A stretch of DNA of 64,000 nt. Origin: Acidimicrobiia bacterium. Its GTDB lineage: Bacteria; Actinomycetota; Acidimicrobiia; Actinomarinales; Actinomarinaceae. Where the stretch lies: assembly GCA_028376655.1 (NCBI GenBank), contig JAONAZ010000003.1:18109-82108 (forward strand). The letters run 5' to 3'. The notes beneath the pieces were generated by a model. The model was not told the origin of the DNA. It saw only the letters and a list, made by a program, of their open reading frames with translations, and did no database searches. Positions within the stretch are counted from its first letter, which is position 1, and each line of letters opens with the position of its first letter. Position numbers and translations under genes: made by a program. Positions 47,019 to 53,364 of the stretch are shown in pieces.

Positions 47019-47069
47019 TGAGTAATAGCCAACACTTGATAAATTCATTTATGTTGTCATTATTAACTA

Positions 47070-47747
47070 GTGGTAAAAAAAATACTTTTAGTTGAAGACG
47101 ATAAGAAAATATCAGAATTAGTCAAAGATTCTCTGCAAGAAGAAGGCTATGTTGTAGAACAATCTTTTGATGGAGAAGATGGTTATTTTAAGATTATCGA
47201 AAATCAACCCGATCTAGTAATCCTAGATATAATGATGCCAAAAATGAACGGATATAAAGTTTGTGCGAAAGTAAGAAAAATTGGAATTACCTCACCAATT
47301 TTAATGCTAACTGCAAAAAATGGTGAATATGATGTTGAAGAAGGTCTGGACACTGGTGCAGATGACTACCTGAAAAAACCATTTTCTATGGTTGAACTTT
47401 TGGCTAGAATTCGAAAGCTCTTAAGAGTAAGTAATCCAGAAATAAATATATTAGAGTTTCAGGCTTTAAAGGTTGATCTGAAATCAAGAAGAGTTACTAA
47501 TAATGATATTGAAATTAAGCTAACCAAGCAGGAGCTTGATCTTCTAAGTTTCTTATTAATAAATAGTGGAAATATTGTATCTAAAAATGAATTATTGGAA
47601 GAAATTTGGGAAATCTTGTACCCAAGTGAAGAGGACGAAAATAAAGTTGAAGTATATATAGGCTATCTGAGAAAAAAGCTAAAACCATTTAACTTAGATG
47701 GACATATTCATACAGTTCGTGGATTTGGCTATAGGTGGAATAATTGA
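47070..47747 (+). CDS. OmpR/PhoB-family response regulator
   Basis: The 225 aa ORF has a GTG start, a receiver domain (DD, ILDIMMP phospho-Asp, K at PF) and a winged-helix C-terminus (TVRGFGYRW). Confidence 0.9.
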   Translation: MVKKILLVEDDKKISELVKDSLQEEGYVVEQSFDGEDGYFKIIENQPDLVILDIMMPKMNGYKVCAKVRKIGITSPILMLTAKNGEYDVEEGLDTGADDYLKKPFSMVELLARIRKLLRVSNPEINILEFQALKVDLKSRRVTNNDIEIKLTKQELDLLSFLLINSGNIVSKNELLEEIWEILYPSEEDENKVEVYIGYLRKKLKPFNLDGHIHTVRGFGYRWNN

Positions 47748-49012
47748 AAAACATTGGCATAAGAACAAAAATTATAATAATCACACTTATTATTCTTGGT
47801 GGTGGATTTTTTATTGCTCCAGAAATCTTAGAGGAAGTTGCTGAGACCAGATATAGAGGAACTATGGAAGATGGAAGGGAGAAACTAGTAAAACAACTAG
47901 AAAAAAATTATGAAAAAATAAATCTCAGAAACACTCCGCGTATAGGTGACTATTTTGTATTTGTTTATGATAAAGAAAGTGGAAAACTAATAAGAGAATA
48001 TAGCTTTTTTCCCCCACGTCTCATTGATGATTACAATTTAGCAAAAAACCAATTTGCAATAAATGAAGATGATTTAAATTTTATAAAAACCGAAAGTACA
48101 GACAAAAAAGTAAGTATTATTGTCGGCTTTAGTGAGTCAACTTCTAGGAATATAGTTGACGGCCTGGAAAGATTTTTTGTGCTGAGTTATCTTTTGGCTT
48201 CAATATTTGTCGTATTAGGTATCTTAATTTCTACAGAAATAGCATTAAAACCTGTAAGCAGATCTATCAAAAAAATATCTGAATTTGAACCGTTATACAA
48301 AATGGAAAAACTTGATGATGTGAAAAGCAATGATGAGATTGGGAAGTTGATTTCGACATTTAATTCTCTTCTTGAAAAAGTTCACATAAGTTCAATAAGT
48401 CAGAAACAATTTATTTCAAATGCCTCACATGAACTAAAAACACCTTTAACAAGTTTAAAATTACAAATCGAAAAGTTGAAAAAACAAAATAATACAGACG
48501 AGAAAACTTTCATTGGGATTGAAGAAGATGTGATTGAAATCCAATCAATAATAGAAGCTTTATTAATCCTTGAGACTTCTACTAAAGGTGGTAGTACTGA
48601 TGGGGAAATTCTCTTGAATGAATTAATTAAGAAGACTGTTAAAGGTACCGATGTTGATTTCAAAAATAACCTAGAAATAATGGTTGATTCAAACCAAGAA
48701 ATTCTTAAATTGATGCTTAATAATTTAATTGGGAATGCGGAAAAATTTAAGTCGAACAAAGTAATAATTAGTACCGATATGGTGGATAAAGCTCCCTCAT
48801 TAATCATTGAGGATGATGGAATTGGAATTCATCCAGAAAATTATGACTTAATATTTACTCCCTTTTGGCAAGAAGATGAATCAAGAACAAGAAATGTTGG
48901 TGGTAAAGGTCTTGGTTTGAGTATTGTAAAAAATATTGTTTCAAAATATGGTTGGAAGATTACAGCAGGTAAGTCTGACCTTGGTGGGGCTAAGTTTATA
49001 GTTAGTTTTTAA
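47744..49012 (+). CDS. Sensor histidine kinase with a periplasmic-type sensing loop of about 130 aa
   Basis: The 422 aa ORF has two TM segments flanking an extracytoplasmic loop, the H-box SHELKTPLT, the N-box NLIGNAEKF and the G-boxes DDGIGI and GGKGLGLSIV. It overlaps the RR stop by 4 nt. Confidence 0.88.
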   Translation: MKNIGIRTKIIIITLIILGGGFFIAPEILEEVAETRYRGTMEDGREKLVKQLEKNYEKINLRNTPRIGDYFVFVYDKESGKLIREYSFFPPRLIDDYNLAKNQFAINEDDLNFIKTESTDKKVSIIVGFSESTSRNIVDGLERFFVLSYLLASIFVVLGILISTEIALKPVSRSIKKISEFEPLYKMEKLDDVKSNDEIGKLISTFNSLLEKVHISSISQKQFISNASHELKTPLTSLKLQIEKLKKQNNTDEKTFIGIEEDVIEIQSIIEALLILETSTKGGSTDGEILLNELIKKTVKGTDVDFKNNLEIMVDSNQEILKLMLNNLIGNAEKFKSNKVIISTDMVDKAPSLIIEDDGIGIHPENYDLIFTPFWQEDESRTRNVGGKGLGLSIVKNIVSKYGWKITAGKSDLGGAKFIVSF

Positions 49013-49016
49013 ATGC

Positions 49017-49517
49017 TTATTTCTGCCAACCACACTCTTGTAGCAATGGGGTAATGTCGTCTTTTGAACTTTTTAGTCCACTTAAATCAAGCTTAGGTTC
49101 TTGTTGGCTTGGGTCTGAAACATTTATACCCTTTTCTCTTAAGCATTTAGCTAATTCAAGATTTTCATCATATAATTTTGCAAGTTCTTCTGGGTTTTGT
49201 GAAGATGAATCTGACCAAAGGTTGTATTTGTTAATACAGTAATTAACATCCTCTCCCAGCTGTAGTTCTTCATCTTTGCTTGTGCTTAATTGACTAATTG
49301 TTGTTTTTAAATCTTGTATATCAAAGGGAGTTGTTATGTCATAACCTTTTTCTGCGTTTAAGCACTGAGTTAAAACAATTGGATAATCCTCTTCAAATAT
49401 AGTCGAAGTAGTTGTTGATTCAGCTGACAAAGAAACAACATTTGAATCCGGTCCCGTTGAGCATGCAGTACCAAAAAATAAAACTAATAATGCTGCTACA
49501 AACTGATTTTTTATCAT
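49017..49517 (-). CDS. Acidic Cys-pair-module lipoprotein, paralog 4
   Basis: The 166 aa ORF has lipobox FGTAC and modules LTQCLNAEKGYDITTP and LAKCLREKGINVSDP, each with a closing Cys. It is convergent with the HK gene across a 4-bp gap. Confidence 0.6.
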   Translation of the reverse strand: MIKNQFVAALLVLFFGTACSTGPDSNVVSLSAESTTTSTIFEEDYPIVLTQCLNAEKGYDITTPFDIQDLKTTISQLSTSKDEELQLGEDVNYCINKYNLWSDSSSQNPEELAKLYDENLELAKCLREKGINVSDPSQQEPKLDLSGLKSSKDDITPLLQECGWQK

Positions 49518-49604
49518 TTTCTATATTTTAGTGAAAGCTTGTTTGATGAGAGGATGAATGCATAAATAATAAAATAATTACTAGTCGCTTTTAATTAGAA
49601 GTTT

Positions 49605-50807
49605 TCAGACAAATATTTGTGTCTTGGGTTCGATGCCTCCAGTTAACGGCATCGCATATTCGAAAAATTCATTTGTGACATAAGACTTTACAGGATCTAG
49701 AAACTCTAAGGGCATATCTTTTGTGTGTTTTGCCACTTTACGAAGTTCAGTAATCTCAACATCACAATGATATTTTTCAGAAAGTTGTCTTTGTAATATT
49801 ACAGATCCACTTTCTAATTGCTTTGAGGCTACAACAGCGTGTTGCCCTACTCTCTCAGCTTCTTCTGCATCAACTTTGGAAATATCCGCAATAAATGATC
49901 TCTGTAAATAGCCAAAAGTATCTGCTCTTACTCTTGCTCCATCAATATATTCAGAAACTAAGTTGGTTAAAGTATCACCTAAAGCACCTGAACCTGATAA
50001 TTGGATATTTCCATGACTATCTTTTTTTCCTGCCAACTCTGAACCTGTCTGATCAGCATATGTTTGTAAAAAGTATTCTCCTTCTTCATTGTGAACACCT
50101 TCAGAAATTGCAACAACGCACCTTCCTAGGGAGTCGTAAACTTCTTTTACTTCTTTTAAAAATCTATCTATATTAAATGTTTTCTCTGGAACATAAACCA
50201 AATGAGGACCATCCTCCTCTGTTGATTTCCCTAATGTACTCGCTGCTGTTAACCATCCAGCATGTCTTCCCATTAATACATTAATTTTTATCCCACCAAG
50301 ACTTCTATTGTCAGCATCATCACCTTGGAATGCATGAGCTACAAATCTAGCAGCAGATCCATACCCTGGGCAGTGGTCTGTTTCGCGCAGGTCATTATCA
50401 ATAGTTTTAGGAATATGGAATGCCTTCATTTCATATCCAATTTGTTTTGCGCCCTCAGAAACTAGATTTGCGGTCTCAGCAGAATCATTTCCGCCAATGT
50501 AGAAAAAATTTCTGATGTTTTGTTTTTCAAATATTGCAATTAGATTTTCAATATCAGAGTCTGTTGGTTTTTTTCTTACTGAGCCGAGGGCTGCAGCTGG
50601 TGTTTTTCCAATGCCATATAATTGTGCTTCAGACAAATTAGATAAATCAACAAAATCTTCATTCATCATTCCAGCTAGTCCGTGCTTAGCACCTAGTATT
50701 TCATCGAAATCACACTCTACTGCTTCTTTAATAAAACCAACTAGTGATTTATTAATTACGGCAGTTGGTCCACCAGATTGTCCAATAACAGCTTTTCCTG
50801 CTGACAC
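49605..50807 (-). CDS. pfk: 6-phosphofructokinase family protein (ATP versus PPi dependence unresolved)
   Basis: The 400 aa ORF has the PFK blocks SGGPTAVIN, IGGNDS, PKTIDNDL and MGRHAGW. Confidence 0.85.
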   Translation of the reverse strand: MSAGKAVIGQSGGPTAVINKSLVGFIKEAVECDFDEILGAKHGLAGMMNEDFVDLSNLSEAQLYGIGKTPAAALGSVRKKPTDSDIENLIAIFEKQNIRNFFYIGGNDSAETANLVSEGAKQIGYEMKAFHIPKTIDNDLRETDHCPGYGSAARFVAHAFQGDDADNRSLGGIKINVLMGRHAGWLTAASTLGKSTEEDGPHLVYVPEKTFNIDRFLKEVKEVYDSLGRCVVAISEGVHNEEGEYFLQTYADQTGSELAGKKDSHGNIQLSGSGALGDTLTNLVSEYIDGARVRADTFGYLQRSFIADISKVDAEEAERVGQHAVVASKQLESGSVILQRQLSEKYHCDVEITELRKVAKHTKDMPLEFLDPVKSYVTNEFFEYAMPLTGGIEPKTQIFV

Positions 50808-50811
50808 TTAT

Positions 50812-51720
50812 TTAACTCCCGTTTTGATACACAGAAAGAAACCCGAGGTATGATTCAGCAATTTCTGTAACTGCTTCATCCCTAGATTTTTCACCTTCAT
50901 GAAAACTTTTTAGAGCATTCCAGAATATTGACCTACCTATAGCAAAGCCCTTGTAACCATCAACAGATGATCCGGCACGGAGCCACTCGTTAACTTTCTC
51001 ATCTGTAGCACCTCTACCTAGAACTACAGCAATAACATTTTCCCTATCTCCGGTTTTGATTGCGGCAGCTACTTTTTCACAATCTTCAGCTGTATCGAGT
51101 CCTTCTATTTTCCATATATCAGGATCTGCTCCTTTTTCTCTCATCTCTTCTACAACCCTGACCGCTAATTTAGGTCTAATTTCAGAATCATAACGAGTCT
51201 GATCATTTCCTACTGAGGCAAGCTGTTCTTCTGTTGCTGGTACAAGAAATTCTAGAAGAAATTTTTTATCATTTTCTGTTAACCAGTCAGACAATTCCTT
51301 AATCCTTGCCCCTTGAGTTGATCTTACTTCTTCATCATCATCAGGATTCCATCTAACTAAGATTTTTATAAAATCAGCACCAATCTCGTTAATTTTTTCA
51401 CCAAATTGAGCACCGTATTCAAAATCAAAAACTTTTTGGCCTGATTTCTCAACTGGGGCAGCAAACTTAATCCCCATTTCTTTTGCTTTTTGTTGAACAT
51501 CAAGACCAAAAGTTTCATCTACTAAAATTGCAGGTTCTCCTCCGGTTATCCCAGATTCTTTAGCTTTTATGAAGCCATCAAATATAATATTTTTTAGTTC
51601 AGTAACCTTATTTGACTCTTCTTCGGTAGGCTGTCTTCCTTCAACCCCTAAAAGACCCTTAGTTATAGTTCCCCTGTGGTCAAAAGCTAATATATATAAA
51701 TCTTCCGAATAACCCTTCAT
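50812..51720 (-). CDS. DUF2090/Cgl0159-like class I aldolase-fold protein
   Basis: The 302 aa ORF has the N-terminal YILAFDHRGT block, as seen in the aldolase-like domain fused to IolC-type kinases. It lies directly upstream of pfk in the same operon. Confidence 0.55.
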   Translation of the reverse strand: MKGYSEDLYILAFDHRGTITKGLLGVEGRQPTEEESNKVTELKNIIFDGFIKAKESGITGGEPAILVDETFGLDVQQKAKEMGIKFAAPVEKSGQKVFDFEYGAQFGEKINEIGADFIKILVRWNPDDDEEVRSTQGARIKELSDWLTENDKKFLLEFLVPATEEQLASVGNDQTRYDSEIRPKLAVRVVEEMREKGADPDIWKIEGLDTAEDCEKVAAAIKTGDRENVIAVVLGRGATDEKVNEWLRAGSSVDGYKGFAIGRSIFWNALKSFHEGEKSRDEAVTEIAESYLGFLSVYQNGS

Positions 51721-51728
51721 TTTTCTCC

Positions 51729-52691
51729 TTAAACTTTTTCTTTCTGGCTAGTTCTTGAGTACACAACTAAACCTATCAAGATAAACAGTACTAGATAGAG
51801 TATATTATTTTGAAAGACTGAAGAATTTTGTATCTCTTCAGAGTAAAGGTTTGAATAAATGATTCCTGGATCTTCTTGGGATTGTCCTATTTCAGATAAA
51901 GTATTTAACAAGTCAACTGTGCTGGCTCCCCAGTTGTTTGCTAAGTTTTCATCTAAAAAGAAGACATTTCCACTTTGTACCGCAGTAATCTCCCCCCAGC
52001 CAACTCTTGTAGAGAGGTCTTTATTCAAATAGTCAGAATGACCTACGACAATCAGATTTGGATTGGAAGCCAAAACCTCTTCTTCTGAAAACTCAGGATA
52101 TCCACTTCCAAATGGATCTTCTTTTAGATTAGCAACATTGTTTATTCCCAGAAGATTGTAGATTTCGCCTATAAAAGAATTCTCATTTATTGTGTATATT
52201 CCATAAGTAAATCCAATCTCATGGAAAACAGTTATGTTTTCTGATGAAAAGTTTTGTATAATCTCTTCAACATCTCTTTGCATCGCTGAAACGAGTTCTA
52301 ATGATTCATCAGATTTGTTTATTAATGTTCCAATTTCTTCGATTTGTGTATAGACATCTTCAAAATCTCTTGCGGGAGGTAGTAAAGCATAGTTTATTTC
52401 TAAACCTTCTAACCCTTCAATGATTCCATTAAAATCAAAAGCTACTACTACAAGGTCAGGATTCAACTCGATTAAATCTTCAGCAGTTACAGTAAATGCA
52501 TCTATTTTTTCAATAGGTAGTTCTGTTTCTGAAAATGAATCAACCCCGACTAAAAGACTCTCACCTCCTAGCGCTTGGATAACTTCTGTGTGTGTTGTTG
52601 ATAACGAAATAACTCTTTGTTCTATGCTCGACTCTTCAGAGCCTGTACACATCGTCATCAACGCGGCAAGAATTAGTATCTTATATTTCAT
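51729..52691 (-). CDS. BtuF/FhuD-type (Peripla_BP_2) substrate-binding lipoprotein, cobalamin-riboswitch controlled
   Basis: I set the start at the Met preceded by an AAGGA SD (MKYKILILAALMTMC lipobox). The protein has class III SBP blocks (ISLSTTHTEVIQALG, NPDLVVV, VFFLDENL) and an extra C-terminal TM (ILYLVLFILIGLVVY). Confidence 0.75.
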   Translation of the reverse strand: MKYKILILAALMTMCTGSEESSIEQRVISLSTTHTEVIQALGGESLLVGVDSFSETELPIEKIDAFTVTAEDLIELNPDLVVVAFDFNGIIEGLEGLEINYALLPPARDFEDVYTQIEEIGTLINKSDESLELVSAMQRDVEEIIQNFSSENITVFHEIGFTYGIYTINENSFIGEIYNLLGINNVANLKEDPFGSGYPEFSEEEVLASNPNLIVVGHSDYLNKDLSTRVGWGEITAVQSGNVFFLDENLANNWGASTVDLLNTLSEIGQSQEDPGIIYSNLYSEEIQNSSVFQNNILYLVLFILIGLVVYSRTSQKEKV

Positions 52692-52744
52692 AATTTCCTT
52701 TCTTACCACGAGATAAGATTGATACTCCATTCCTTCTCTCGAGG

Positions 52745-52850
52745 ATTGTTGTTTTAATAAAACTAAAAAGGCGACCTGACTTATCTTTCGAATTACAGTT
52801 GCGGGACAGTGTTAGAATTTTACTAACTTCGCTTTTTAACTTCTTTGTTT
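52745..52850 (-). promoter_or_regulatory. Cobalamin riboswitch (compact form)
   Basis: The - strand reads GCGAAGTTAGTAAAATTCTAACACTGTCCCGCAACTGTAA...AAGTCAGGTCGCC. This matches the conserved GGGAA-N-GGTGAAAATCC-N-CCCGCAACTGTAA core and a B12-box-like AAGYCAGG..CC. It sits in the 5' leader of the SBP gene. Confidence 0.7.
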
Positions 52851-52866
52851 AAAGTATGTTAGCAAA

Positions 52867-53364
52867 TTATTCTTTTTCGTCTTCTTCATTTTTAAGATTT
52901 TTTAATGTATTCGAAAAAGTCATCAACATAGTTTCTTTATTATCTTGATGTTCTTCTTGAGTGTTTTCTAAAGTTTGATTTTGTGCATCATTATAAGTTT
53001 CTTCAAGTACCACAACTTCGATTCCACCAACTAAGTCTGAGACTAGGTTGTAGAAGAAAGCTCCAATTGTTGCCAATGCTGTTTGTGTTAACAAATAAAC
53101 AGTTGCTAAAAATACTACAGATGAAAATAAAGGTTCGATATTCCCTACGAGCGATGCATCTTGATCGAGTAGAGCCAATCTTCTAGCTATGTCTTCTAAT
53201 CCTTGTGGAACACCTGCGTTAACAAGTAATACCCAAAGGATTGAAAATCCTAAAACTATTGTGAGGGCAACTATAAAGTTTAAAACAAAGGTTACCTTCA
53301 AGACCGTCCATGGGTCTATCTTTCTGATAATTCTTCTAACTCTATTAACTCTTACCATTTTCAA
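52867..53364 (-). CDS. DUF3566 family membrane protein (conserved downstream of actinobacterial gyrA)
   Basis: The 165 aa ORF has RKIDPWTVLKV followed by TM helices, and it occupies the same position as mycobacterial Rv0007-like proteins. It overlaps the gyrA stop by 4 nt. Confidence 0.65.
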   Translation of the reverse strand: MKMVRVNRVRRIIRKIDPWTVLKVTFVLNFIVALTIVLGFSILWVLLVNAGVPQGLEDIARRLALLDQDASLVGNIEPLFSSVVFLATVYLLTQTALATIGAFFYNLVSDLVGGIEVVVLEETYNDAQNQTLENTQEEHQDNKETMLMTFSNTLKNLKNEEDEKE

